Shown in pieces: positions 20,418-30,285 of a DNA stretch of 64,000 nucleotides (positions are counted from its first letter, which is position 1; every line of letters begins with the position of its first letter). The position numbers and the translations under genes were made by a program. The notes under the pieces were generated by a model. It made no database searches. It saw only the letters and a program-made list of their open reading frames with translations, and was not told the origin of the DNA. The DNA comes from an uncultured Candidatus Saccharibacteria bacterium (GTDB lineage: Bacteria > Patescibacteriota > Minisyncoccia > Phycocordibacterales > UBA9973): the NCBI GenBank assembly GCA_964646765.1, contig CAZYIA010000002.1, positions 208,735-272,734 on the forward strand, in the 5' to 3' direction.

Positions 20418-22079
20418 ATGGCCAAACAACCAACCGATCCTAAATACATTTTTGTCGTTGGCGGCGTCATCTCTGGCGTTGGTAAAGGAGTGGCCTCCTC
20501 TTCAATTGCGAAACTGCTTCAAGACCGTGATCTCACGGTTACGGCAATCAAAATCGACCCGTACATCAACGTAGATGCGGGTACTATGAACCCCACCGAA
20601 CACGGTGAGGTTTTCGTTTTGAATGATGGCGACGAAACTGACCAGGACATGGGAAACTACGAACGTTTCTTAAACATAAATCTTACTCGCACCAATTACA
20701 TGACCACCGGTCGTGTATATCTCTCTGTCATTGAACGCGAACGTGCTCTTGCCTATAAAGGAAAATGTGTAGAGGTGGTACCGCATATCCCAATGGAAGT
20801 AATTAGCCGCATTGAAGGTGCCCAAAAAGAAGCAAATGCTGACGTGGTAGTTATCGAAATTGGGGGCACCATTGGTGAATACCAAAATATGCTCTTCCTT
20901 GAAGCTGCTCGCATGATGAAGATCAAAAATCCCAAGAGTGTTTTCTTCGTCATGGTTTCGTATCTTCCCGTGCCAGGTACCATCGGCGAAATGAAAACTA
21001 AGCCGACCCAAATGGCGGTGCGTGCAATGAATGCTTCAGGTATTCAGCCAGATATCATTATTGCTCGCGGTAAGCAGCCAATGGATGAAAAGCGTAAAGA
21101 AAAACTCGCTTTTATGTGTAACATCTCGGGTGATCGAGTGATTTCTGCTCCTGACGTTTCAAGTATTTACGATGTGCCGGGTAACTTTGCTCGTGAAGGT
21201 CTCGATACTTTATTGTGTGACATTATGGGCACAACCTGTTCCAGTACTGAACTTCCAACAGCAAAAGCATGGCGTGCTTTTACTAAAAAAGTTGGAAGTG
21301 CAACCGATGAAGTACATATTGCGGTTATTGGTAAGTACTTCGAAACAGGGGAATACCTTCTTTCTGATGCATACCTTTCCGTTATCGAAGCAATTAAATA
21401 CAGTGCATACTCTCAGAGTAAAAAACCAGTGCTTGATTGGCTGAATGCACTCGATTTCGAAAAGGATCCAAAGAAAGTAAAAGATCTGAAAAAGTATGAT
21501 GGCATCATTGTTCCTGGAGGATTCGGTTCACGTGGGGTAGAAGGAAAAATCAATGTTATTCGTTTTGCTCGCGAAAACAAAATTCCATACTTTGGCTTGT
21601 GCTACGGTATGCAGCTTGCGGTTATCGAGTTCTCTCGCAATGTTGTAGGTCTTAAAGGTGCTCACACAACCGAAGTTGACGCAAAGACACCATACCCAGT
21701 TATCGATATCATTGAAAGCCAGAAAGAAAACATCGCACATAGCCGTTATGGAAATACGATGCGTCTTGGTGAATACAAAGCAATTCTTAAAGAGGGAACC
21801 ATCGCTCGTAAAGCCTATGGAGCAAAAGAAGTCATGGAGCGTCACCGTCACCGCTACGAAGTGAATCCAAATTTCATTAAAGATATTGAAGCGAAAGGTC
21901 TCGTATTCTCTGGTCGCTCACCAGATTCGGTACTAATGGAAATTGCAGAACTTCCAAAGAAAGAACACCCATTCTTCGTTGGGACTCAATTCCACCCAGA
22001 ATTTCTTGCTCGTCCGCTTCGTCCACATCCTCTGTTCTCAGCTTTTATTAAAGCGACAATTGAGCAAAAGAAAAAATAG
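20418..22079 (+). CDS. pyrG: CTP synthase
   Basis: GGVISGVGKG, DPYINVDAGTM, KTKPTQ, GLCYGMQ, RHRHRYE, QFHPE. Confidence 0.97.
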   Translation: MAKQPTDPKYIFVVGGVISGVGKGVASSSIAKLLQDRDLTVTAIKIDPYINVDAGTMNPTEHGEVFVLNDGDETDQDMGNYERFLNINLTRTNYMTTGRVYLSVIERERALAYKGKCVEVVPHIPMEVISRIEGAQKEANADVVVIEIGGTIGEYQNMLFLEAARMMKIKNPKSVFFVMVSYLPVPGTIGEMKTKPTQMAVRAMNASGIQPDIIIARGKQPMDEKRKEKLAFMCNISGDRVISAPDVSSIYDVPGNFAREGLDTLLCDIMGTTCSSTELPTAKAWRAFTKKVGSATDEVHIAVIGKYFETGEYLLSDAYLSVIEAIKYSAYSQSKKPVLDWLNALDFEKDPKKVKDLKKYDGIIVPGGFGSRGVEGKINVIRFARENKIPYFGLCYGMQLAVIEFSRNVVGLKGAHTTEVDAKTPYPVIDIIESQKENIAHSRYGNTMRLGEYKAILKEGTIARKAYGAKEVMERHRHRYEVNPNFIKDIEAKGLVFSGRSPDSVLMEIAELPKKEHPFFVGTQFHPEFLARPLRPHPLFSAFIKATIEQKKK

Positions 22080-22085
22080 TTTTGT

Positions 22086-22694
22086 ATGACGCTCCACGCA
22101 GCTTTAGGAGCCCTTGCTGTCACTATCGGATTTGTAAGTTACATTCCGTATTTTCGGAATATGTTTGCGGGACGTACTAAGCCCCATGTATTTTCTTGGG
22201 TTATTTGGGCAGTTCTTGGAGCGATTGTTGCTGGTATTCAATTACAAAATGGAGCAGGTCCAGGAGCTTGGGCATCAGCGGCTTCAGCCCTCCTCGCAGG
22301 AGGTGTTGCTCTGTATGCGCTTAGGTATCGTGATACTACGATTAAACCAATCGACTGGGTTTATTTTGGAGGTGCCACCATCTCTCTTATTTTATGGCTC
22401 GTAGTAGAAAATCCACTACTTGCGATTATTTTCGTTGTCCTGACCGATGGCTTTGCATTTGCATCAACATTTCGAAAAACTTGGAGTACCCCATTTGATG
22501 AAACACTTTCTGTCTACTATCTTTCCGCTATCAAATTTTGTGTCGCACTTTTTGCTCTAAAAACAGTTACTCTCGTGACCGCTCTTGATCCTCTCTATTT
22601 GGTAATCGCGAACGTCTCTTTTACTCTATTTACTCTTATTCGCCGAAGAGTCCTTGGGCGCACGCACTCAATTGCCCTTGAGAGGGAACTATGA
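22086..22694 (+). CDS. Multi-pass membrane protein, hypothetical
   Basis: About seven TM segments; 'YIPY...GRTKPHVFSW', 'TFRKTW...PFDET'. Confidence 0.75.
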   Translation: MTLHAALGALAVTIGFVSYIPYFRNMFAGRTKPHVFSWVIWAVLGAIVAGIQLQNGAGPGAWASAASALLAGGVALYALRYRDTTIKPIDWVYFGGATISLILWLVVENPLLAIIFVVLTDGFAFASTFRKTWSTPFDETLSVYYLSAIKFCVALFALKTVTLVTALDPLYLVIANVSFTLFTLIRRRVLGRTHSIALEREL

Positions 22695-22734
22695 TATAGT
22701 TAGCTTACCTAACTATTAGGTAAGCTAACTATAT
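22694..22734. promoter_or_regulatory. Perfect 19-bp inverted repeat, probable MarR operator over the promoter and start codon
   Basis: ATATAGTTAGCTTACCTAA-CTA-TTAGGTAAGCTAACTATAT. Confidence 0.8.
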
Positions 22735-23152
22735 GGCACCTCCATCTCCTCATATCATTCTCGAAGACCTCTTGCTTGCTTTCCGGCGAAAAATTATGGA
22801 AGTGTGTAAGCGGGAAAGTTTCTACCATGAACTTACTCTTTCTCAGAGTGAGATACTCCGGTTCCTTGATGGAGAGGAGAAAACAGTGAAGCAGGTAGCA
22901 GAATATTTAAAAATTACTCCACCATCAGCATCTGCAATGATTGCTGAAATGGAAAAGAAGGGATTCATAGAAAGGGAAGAGAATATTCATGATCGTCGTA
23001 GTAGCTGTATCAGAGCAACTCCAAAGGCCCTCAAACTTCTTTCTATGATATCGAGACAGAAACAGAAAATTCTCCACGGCATGCTCTCGAAACTCTCGTC
23101 GAAGGATAAACAGTCACTTGAACGCATTATTACCGTTTTAATTAAAGATTAG
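22733..23152 (+). CDS. MarR family transcriptional regulator
   Basis: LTLSQSEILRFL, wHTH, 'KGFIER...DRR'. Confidence 0.92.
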   Translation: MAPPSPHIILEDLLLAFRRKIMEVCKRESFYHELTLSQSEILRFLDGEEKTVKQVAEYLKITPPSASAMIAEMEKKGFIEREENIHDRRSSCIRATPKALKLLSMISRQKQKILHGMLSKLSSKDKQSLERIITVLIKD

Positions 23153-23155
23153 CGT

Positions 23156-24409
23156 ATGAAGCAAAAAGTTATCGCATTTTTTAATAGACCACATCATGTA
23201 CTCACTATTACTTTGGTGATTGCTTTGGTTATAGGTGTTATTGGTTATTTAAAAATTCACAAAGCTCCAACATACCAATTTGTTTCTGCACATTCCGGTA
23301 CTATTGCTGGTGACCCAACTGGTGCGCCTAAAAATTTAACTCTCGGTTTTGTATCCGGTGGGCGAATTAAGTCTGTGCTAGTAAAAGTTGGTGACTCAGT
23401 AAAGAGTGGGCAAACACTCGCCACTCTCGACGCTGGAAATGCTCTCGGTGCCGTGACTCAAGCGCAGGCAGCCTATGTAAGTGCGCAAGCAAATTATGAC
23501 AAAGTAATTAATGGTGCAACAGGAACTGCCATTGATGTTGCAAAAGCCGCAGTTAACACCGCTCTAGTTAATCTTGATGAAACGACTAAGCAGCAAAATA
23601 TCTTAGTAGATAATGCGCACCGAAATCTTCTTAACTCAACGCTTGAAGCGCGTTCTACTACGAACTCGGATGTAAAGCCGCCAACGCTTTCTGGTTCATA
23701 TCATAAAAATCAGGAAGGATCACTAACTCTTTCGGTGTATTTAGCTTCGAATGGTTCATATTTTTCAATTGCCGGGCTCGCACAGGGGAGTGGTTTAGTG
23801 AGTACGATTCCACAACCAATTGCTGACACGGGTCTTTCTATCTCGTTTCCAGAAAGCACCGACTATGGAGGTACAGTTTGGACCATTGATATTCCAAACA
23901 CTAAAGCGTCTAACTATGTAACTAACTACAACGCGTACCAAGCTGCTCTCCAGACCAAAAGCCAAGCAATTGCAGCGGCACAAGCTACTCTCTCACAAGC
24001 ACAGGCATCACTCGCCGCTGTGGCTTCAGCTGCTCGCCCGGAAGATGTTGCAGCTGCACAAGCGCAAGTAGAAAATGCTAAGGGGGCGCTCCAAATTGCT
24101 CAGGCGGCTTACCAAAATACCATTATCACTGCTCCAGCTGACGGAACTGTTACTGCCGTTTCTATTACTCCAGGACAAATCACCGCAGCCAATTCTCCAG
24201 CGATCGAATTTTTGGCAAAAAGCACAACAAAAGAAGTTGCGATACTTATTCCAACATCCGCACTTATTCCAAAAAACGGAAAGTATTTTGTTGAAAAGAA
24301 AAATGGAGATACGGTTATCGAACAAGAAGTAATAATCGGTGTTGAAGATGATCACAATGTTGAAATTATTTCTGGATTACAAGCTAACGACGAAGTAGTC
24401 GTTCACTAA
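23156..24409 (+). CDS. HlyD/membrane-fusion (periplasmic adaptor-like) protein
   Basis: N-terminal TM, lipoyl-like halves (VKVGDSVKSGQ / ITAPADGTV), coiled coil. Confidence 0.85.
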   Translation: MKQKVIAFFNRPHHVLTITLVIALVIGVIGYLKIHKAPTYQFVSAHSGTIAGDPTGAPKNLTLGFVSGGRIKSVLVKVGDSVKSGQTLATLDAGNALGAVTQAQAAYVSAQANYDKVINGATGTAIDVAKAAVNTALVNLDETTKQQNILVDNAHRNLLNSTLEARSTTNSDVKPPTLSGSYHKNQEGSLTLSVYLASNGSYFSIAGLAQGSGLVSTIPQPIADTGLSISFPESTDYGGTVWTIDIPNTKASNYVTNYNAYQAALQTKSQAIAAAQATLSQAQASLAAVASAARPEDVAAAQAQVENAKGALQIAQAAYQNTIITAPADGTVTAVSITPGQITAANSPAIEFLAKSTTKEVAILIPTSALIPKNGKYFVEKKNGDTVIEQEVIIGVEDDHNVEIISGLQANDEVVVH

Positions 24410-24419
24410 TAAAAATAGT

Positions 24420-25061
24420 ATGGAACAAAACCAACCAAAACAAAGTATCACGAAAGAAAAGCCCTGGATCGTTAGCCTTCTCGGTATTTTTGTCATCGGT
24501 GGCGCACTCTTCGGTTTTCTCTATTGGCAGAGTCACATGAATACAGTGGCTATTAAGGATGCCTTTCTCGAAGCCCCAGTTATTGCACTGTCACCGATAG
24601 CACCAGGAATTTTAAATGCGGTATATGTACATCCGGGCGACACTGTTCCTGCAAATGCACAAATTGCCAGTGTTGGTACAAGTATTTTAGCTACGAAAGA
24701 AGCGGGCATTGTCGCAAGTGTTTCAGAAAATCTTGGATCATATTTTGCTCCTGGTCAGACAGTCGCAACAGTTGTTGCTGTTTCAGAAATGAAAGTTGTT
24801 GGTGCAATTGAAGAAACAAAAGGACTTAAAGATCTGAGTATTGGTCAGCGGGCCACGTTCACGGTGGATGCATTTCCAGGTAAGAAATATGAAGGTACGG
24901 TTTCGGAAATTGCCGCTTCTGCGAATGATACGAGTGCCGTGTTTACTATTTCTGATAAACGCCCAATTCAACGCTTTAATGTGAAAGTACAATTTAATAG
25001 TGCAGAGTACCCAGAACTTAAAAATGGGATGTCAGCAAAAATTACTGTTCACATCAAGTAA
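24420..25061 (+). CDS. EmrA/HlyD-family efflux adaptor
   Basis: TM then 'IEETKGL...IGQRATFTVDAFPG...G.VSEI...QRF.VK...LKNGMSA'. Confidence 0.88.
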   Translation: MEQNQPKQSITKEKPWIVSLLGIFVIGGALFGFLYWQSHMNTVAIKDAFLEAPVIALSPIAPGILNAVYVHPGDTVPANAQIASVGTSILATKEAGIVASVSENLGSYFAPGQTVATVVAVSEMKVVGAIEETKGLKDLSIGQRATFTVDAFPGKKYEGTVSEIAASANDTSAVFTISDKRPIQRFNVKVQFNSAEYPELKNGMSAKITVHIK

Positions 25062-25064
25062 CCT

Positions 25065-26543
25065 ATGGAGGATAAAGGGAGTCTTAAATGGTGGATACTG
25101 CTTACGGTTATTGTCGGAACATTTTTAGGCCGACTCGATCAAACCATTGTTAACCTGGCACTTCCTGACATTATTAACGATTTTGGTATTAGTGTTTCTG
25201 CCGCGGGCTGGATTGCCACTGCCTATATTTTAGCGAACGCTATCTTCGTTCCTATCTGGGGCAAGCTGGGAGATACTATTGGCCGTAAGAAAGTCTATAT
25301 TTTAGGCTTCGCAATTTTTATCGTTGGATCAGTGCTCGCTGGTCTTGCTTGGAATTTAACTTCAATGATTATCTTTCGAGTTATCCAGGCAATTGCCGGT
25401 TCAGCTGACTATCCAACAGCTATGGCTATTCTTGCGGTAACCTTTAAAGAGGGAAAGGAACGAGCGCAAGCCCTTGGTATTTGGAGTTCTTCTTTTGCCG
25501 CGGCTGCTGTGTTCGGGCCACTCTTAGGCGGACCACTTATTGACCACTTCGGTTGGCGTTCCGTGTTTCTCATAAATCTTCCACTTGGGATCCTTGGTAT
25601 TTTTATGGCGCTCCAATTTATTCGTGAGTCAGTTGCTGATCGCGGAACTAAGTTCTTTGATTGGTGGGGAGCAATTACCCTGGGAATTTCTCTCTCAGCT
25701 TTAGTTCTTGTGCTTGATAAAGCGACTGACTGGGGATGGTTCTCAGTTGGTAGCCTCTTGTGCTATATGACCATGCTGGTCTTTCTGTGGATTTTCGTCA
25801 AAATTGAACAGCGGGTTCCAGAGCCGATCGTTGATCTTAAGTTCTTCAAAATTCCGGCATTTGTGAATGCTCTCGGCAATAACTTCCTTATTTTCGTTGG
25901 GATGATGGGAAGTATTTTCCTTTTGCCAATTTTTGCTCAAACATTTTTAGGCTATAACGCTACGCAAGCAGGATATCTCTTTATTCCAATGGCCGGAGCT
26001 TTAATGCTTGCTGCACCCATTGGTGGAGCACTAACTGGAAAAGTAGAATCGCGCTATGTTATTTTTGCGAGCACGCTCGTTGCGTCGATTGGAATCTACC
26101 TTTATTCGTTCATCGACCCAAAGTCAACTGCGCTCTCACTTATGATACCGCTTGCGATTATGGCCTTCGGTATGGGGTTTGGTATGGCACAGCGAACCAA
26201 TATTATTGCTTCAGTCGTTGATAAAAATGAAATTGGTATTGCCTCATCAATTCTTGCTCTTGTGCGAAATGTTGCCGGCGCTTTTGGTATCGCAGTATTC
26301 GGCACAATTTTAAATAGCACGATTAAAAATAATATTCTCCACATTACTAGTCTAAGTACTATTCATACTTCTTCACCTCAAGTATTGGGGGAGTATCGAG
26401 CACTTATTGCTCTTAAGGCTCAGGTGTCTGCGTACGGCCACGTATTCTTTATTGCGGCCCTTTTGGTGTTTGTTGGAGCCTTCCTCACTCTGCTTCTCAA
26501 GGTGGATAATGAAAAAACTGACGTGGTGGTTCATGTGGAGTAG
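25065..26543 (+). CDS. DHA2 (EmrB/QacA) MFS efflux permease
   Basis: LDQTIVNLALP, WIATAY, GKLGDTIGRK, GPLLGG...WRSVFLINLP; 14-TM pattern. Confidence 0.93.
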   Translation: MEDKGSLKWWILLTVIVGTFLGRLDQTIVNLALPDIINDFGISVSAAGWIATAYILANAIFVPIWGKLGDTIGRKKVYILGFAIFIVGSVLAGLAWNLTSMIIFRVIQAIAGSADYPTAMAILAVTFKEGKERAQALGIWSSSFAAAAVFGPLLGGPLIDHFGWRSVFLINLPLGILGIFMALQFIRESVADRGTKFFDWWGAITLGISLSALVLVLDKATDWGWFSVGSLLCYMTMLVFLWIFVKIEQRVPEPIVDLKFFKIPAFVNALGNNFLIFVGMMGSIFLLPIFAQTFLGYNATQAGYLFIPMAGALMLAAPIGGALTGKVESRYVIFASTLVASIGIYLYSFIDPKSTALSLMIPLAIMAFGMGFGMAQRTNIIASVVDKNEIGIASSILALVRNVAGAFGIAVFGTILNSTIKNNILHITSLSTIHTSSPQVLGEYRALIALKAQVSAYGHVFFIAALLVFVGAFLTLLLKVDNEKTDVVVHVE

Positions 26544-26603
26544 AGCTAACAATATGAGTTGAAAAAAGCCTTATTTTAGGCTAAAGTAGCTCGGTATTGC
26601 TAT

Positions 26604-26677
26604 TGCGGGATCGTCTAATGGTAGGACACATGACTCTGAATCATGTTATCTAGGTTCGAGTCCTAGTCCCGCAGCCA
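26604..26677 (+). tRNA. tRNA-Gln (CTG), CCA encoded; integration site of the island
   Basis: TGCGGGA/TCCCGCA-G-CCA, CATGA-CTCTGAA-TCATG anticodon arm. Confidence 0.95.
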
Positions 26678-26709
26678 ACTTGAGCTAGCTCAAAGATAGC
26701 TAGTTTATA

Positions 26710-26747
26710 AACAAAAACACCTCTCAAATTTGAGAGGTGTTTTTGTT
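26710..26747 (+). terminator. Strong hairpin after tRNA-Gln
   Basis: AACAAAAACACCTCTCA-AATT-TGAGAGGTGTTTTTGTT. Confidence 0.8.
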
Positions 26748-26783
26748 GTTTTATATTACAACAAGATATGCTATAATCTTTGT

Positions 26784-26990
26784 ATGAAAGATGATGCCAA
26801 AAAGTTGGGAGAAAATCTCAAAAAACTTAGGATCAAAAAAGATATTAGCCAAATAGAACTCGCTCGTATGTTGAGTGTTGATCGATCTTTTGTAAGCAAT
26901 ATCGAGAATGGAAAAAATAATCCAACTCTTTCAACCATTACTAGCTTAGCCAAGGCGTTAGGTGTTTCAACTAACGAACTTTTAAAATAA
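26784..26990 (+). CDS. XRE-family HTH regulator, R-M controller (C-protein)-like
   Basis: LKKLR...SQIELA...DRSFVSNIENG..NPTL...LAKAL; TGCTATAAT 6 nt upstream of ATG 26784. Confidence 0.85.
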   Translation: MKDDAKKLGENLKKLRIKKDISQIELARMLSVDRSFVSNIENGKNNPTLSTITSLAKALGVSTNELLK

Positions 26991-26991
26991 T

Positions 26992-29900
26992 ATGTCGTCA
27001 TCAATAACAAACACCGGTGATAATACGCTTTCGTCAAACTTAAAGAGCATTTTGCCTAATTGCGACAAGGTAGACGCTTTGGTTGGATATTTTTACTTTT
27101 CTGGCTTTCGAGATTTGCATAATGAACTAAAAGATAAGCAAATAAGAATTTTGGTTGGAATGGATATTGATAAGAAAATTATTGATAAAGTTTCAACTCT
27201 AAAAGATCTAAACCTAGACTCATATACAACAGACACAAAAACATCTTCTCGCTCTATTGCAAAAGATGATTACATTGAGAACTTTTCAAGAATTTTTAAT
27301 GATACAGATTTCTTTGATAACGACGAATCACAGAAAGCTTTTGAAATATTTTTAGATAAAATTAAAGACGGTAGTTTGCAAATCAAGAAGACTGCACAAG
27401 CAAACCATTCAAAGTTCTATATTCTTCACAACAAGCCCGAGTTTTCAACTAATGGAATTACTCCAGGAATTGTAATTGAAGGTTCAAGCAACCTAACTTT
27501 TTCAGGATTGAAGGGTCAAGGAGAACACAATCGTATTTTAATGGAAAAACATTACTACGAGGATGATGTTAAGCGGTTTGAATCAGTATGGAATGACCCT
27601 GACAACATAGTTATCACTGATCTTGATTCAGCAGAAACTTTTATAAAAGAAGTAAAGGAAAAGATTTGGCTTTATGCTTTGCCAAATCCGCTTTTGATGT
27701 ATTACAAAGTACTAAATGAATACTTTGCTGTTACTGAAATAGAAAACATGAAGACCCCGAAACACATTACTGGGGGTAAATTTTCTGATCTTAAATATCA
27801 AAAAGATGCCATCAATCTAGGTATTGATCGTATTAAGAAGTTCGGAGGTGTAATCATTGCCGATGTGGTAGGTCTAGGAAAAAGTATTATTGCTTCTGCG
27901 ATTGCTCACAACCTTGGTTATAAAACAATCATTATTGCACCACCTCACCTCGAGAATCAGTGGAAAGATTACATGTCTGAATTTGATTTTAAAGGTTTTG
28001 TATATTCAACTGGGAAAATAGAAGAAGCATTACAACGACACGGCGATGACGAAGGTAAGCTTTTGGTTATATTAGACGAAGCCCACAAGCATCGAAATGA
28101 GGATACTGACAATTACAAAGTTCTGCACAGACTCTGTGCAGGTAACTATGTAATGGCTCTATCTGCAACTCCTTTCAATAACGATCCAAAAGATATTTAC
28201 GCCTTGATTAAGCTCTTTAGTACCCCAGGACAATCAACCATTAGAACAGTGGAAAACCTAAGTATGTCTTTCCACATGCTCTTTAAACGATATAAAGCTG
28301 TTCGTCGGGATCTACGAAAGAGTACAAAAGATGAATCAGATAACTCTGAAATTAAAGTCGAACTACATTCAATTGCAGATGAATTAAGAAAAATGATTGA
28401 GCCGTTGATTATTCGAAGATCACGACTTGATTTGGAAGAGATCGAAGAATACAAAGAAGACTTGAAAGCTCAAGGTGTTGCTTTTGCAAAAGTGAAGGAT
28501 CCACAACTATTGGAGTACGATCTTGGTGATATGTTTGACCTCTATGTAAGTACACTCGAAAAAATTGCTCCAGAAGATAGAAGCACTAGTTTTATTGGTG
28601 CGCGATACAAGCCTGCTTCTTACATTAATCAGGGTTCAAAATTCCTTGAAAAATTGATTGAGCAAGATGACGAAGATGGAATGTCTGCGGAAGAAAAACT
28701 ACAGCGTATTCAACAAGGACAAAGCAACCTTGCTCGATTCATGCGAAGACTCCTTGTTCGACGCTTTGAAAGTTCTGTTGGAGCATTCAAGTTGTCATTG
28801 AAAAATATGATTACTTCTTCTGAAGCAATGCTTGATTGGTATGAGAATCGCCAGGAAGTTCCTATATTTAAAAAAGGTGTGTTGCCAGACGCGGAATATC
28901 TCAGTGAACTTGATGAAAAAGAATTAGAAGAAACCCTAAACAGACTTGAAGACAAGGGTCTTATTAGAATTCCATTAAGTGAATTACAACCTCAGTTTGG
29001 AGATCATTTAAGACACGATATTGCTCTTCTAAAAGAGATTGATTCAGATTGGTCTGATAAAACTAGTGATCCAAAGTTTGAATTCTTTAAACAAAAAATT
29101 ACTCAATCTTTAACAGAAAATCCAAACAGAAAAATTGTTGTATTTACAGAGTTCTCCGACACCGCAAACTATGTATTCCAAAAATTACAAAAAGACGGAT
29201 TTAATCGTGTATTTAAATACAGTTCAGAAGATGCTTCTGATGAAAATAAGAAAATAATCAGATCAAACTTTGATGCTGGACTTGAAGAAGCAAAACAGTC
29301 TAATGACTTCGATATCATTATTGCCACTGATGCAATTTCCGAAGGGTTCAACTTGCATAGAGCAGGAGCAATCATAAACTACGATATTCCATATAACCCA
29401 ACTCGTGTTATTCAACGTGTTGGTCGTATCAACCGTATCAACAGAAAAGTTTTTGATGAATTGTATATTTATAACTTCTTCCCAACACTTACCGGAGAGC
29501 TTGAAACTCGAACAAAAGCAATCTCAACTCTTAAAATGGATTTGATCCATACACTTTTGGGCGAGGACACAAAAACTCTTACATCAGAAGAAGACTTAAA
29601 GAACTACTTTGCAAAGCAATACAAAGAAGAAAATAGTAAAAATGAAAGTTTATCTTGGGACGCTCCATACCGAAATACATGGCTCAAGATCAAGGATGAT
29701 AAAAAGATCATGGAACAAATATCACGAATACCGCATCGTTCAAGAATTGCTCGAAATACCAAAGATATTAACGGTGTAGTTGCATTTGCAAAGAAGAGCG
29801 GAAACTATGTATTTGCATTTGGAAATACTCCTGAAACAGTTCAAATTGTATCTCCACAAGTTGCACTTCCTTTGTTTAATCAAGTTGTAGATTCAGAGGA

Positions 29901-30285
29901 GTCACTGCAAACAACAGTAAACTTCGATCCAATTTATAAAATGGCTAAAGAGCATATCTTTAAAGACAATACAAAAGCTTCTGTCGATGGTGGTCGAAAG
30001 CAAGATGCACTCAACAGGGTTAAATTGCTTGGTGAATTGTATCCTCAAGCAAAAGACCTTTGCTTAGATATCATTAGAGCAATCAAGGATCTTGATGCTC
30101 TTCCAAATGGAGTACTTAAAGAGATTGTAGAACTTCGTATTGATAAAGCTAATCCAGAAAATGCATACTTAGAACTCAAAGAACTTATCCCAAGTAAATA
30201 TCTTGAAAGTATCTTTGAAACAGCTGATAGAGCAAATGATGATGGAAAGCTCATTGTTCTCTCTGAAGAATTAATCGCACTATGA
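26992..30285 (+). CDS. PLD-like nuclease + SNF2/SF2 helicase fusion (restriction-associated)
   Basis: N-terminal VGYFYFSG...HSKFY...GSSNLT; ADVVGLGKS, DEAH, SATP, TDAISEGFNL, QRVGRINR. Confidence 0.88.
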   Translation: MSSSITNTGDNTLSSNLKSILPNCDKVDALVGYFYFSGFRDLHNELKDKQIRILVGMDIDKKIIDKVSTLKDLNLDSYTTDTKTSSRSIAKDDYIENFSRIFNDTDFFDNDESQKAFEIFLDKIKDGSLQIKKTAQANHSKFYILHNKPEFSTNGITPGIVIEGSSNLTFSGLKGQGEHNRILMEKHYYEDDVKRFESVWNDPDNIVITDLDSAETFIKEVKEKIWLYALPNPLLMYYKVLNEYFAVTEIENMKTPKHITGGKFSDLKYQKDAINLGIDRIKKFGGVIIADVVGLGKSIIASAIAHNLGYKTIIIAPPHLENQWKDYMSEFDFKGFVYSTGKIEEALQRHGDDEGKLLVILDEAHKHRNEDTDNYKVLHRLCAGNYVMALSATPFNNDPKDIYALIKLFSTPGQSTIRTVENLSMSFHMLFKRYKAVRRDLRKSTKDESDNSEIKVELHSIADELRKMIEPLIIRRSRLDLEEIEEYKEDLKAQGVAFAKVKDPQLLEYDLGDMFDLYVSTLEKIAPEDRSTSFIGARYKPASYINQGSKFLEKLIEQDDEDGMSAEEKLQRIQQGQSNLARFMRRLLVRRFESSVGAFKLSLKNMITSSEAMLDWYENRQEVPIFKKGVLPDAEYLSELDEKELEETLNRLEDKGLIRIPLSELQPQFGDHLRHDIALLKEIDSDWSDKTSDPKFEFFKQKITQSLTENPNRKIVVFTEFSDTANYVFQKLQKDGFNRVFKYSSEDASDENKKIIRSNFDAGLEEAKQSNDFDIIIATDAISEGFNLHRAGAIINYDIPYNPTRVIQRVGRINRINRKVFDELYIYNFFPTLTGELETRTKAISTLKMDLIHTLLGEDTKTLTSEEDLKNYFAKQYKEENSKNESLSWDAPYRNTWLKIKDDKKIMEQISRIPHRSRIARNTKDINGVVAFAKKSGNYVFAFGNTPETVQIVSPQVALPLFNQVVDSEESLQTTVNFDPIYKMAKEHIFKDNTKASVDGGRKQDALNRVKLLGELYPQAKDLCLDIIRAIKDLDALPNGVLKEIVELRIDKANPENAYLELKELIPSKYLESIFETADRANDDGKLIVLSEELIAL

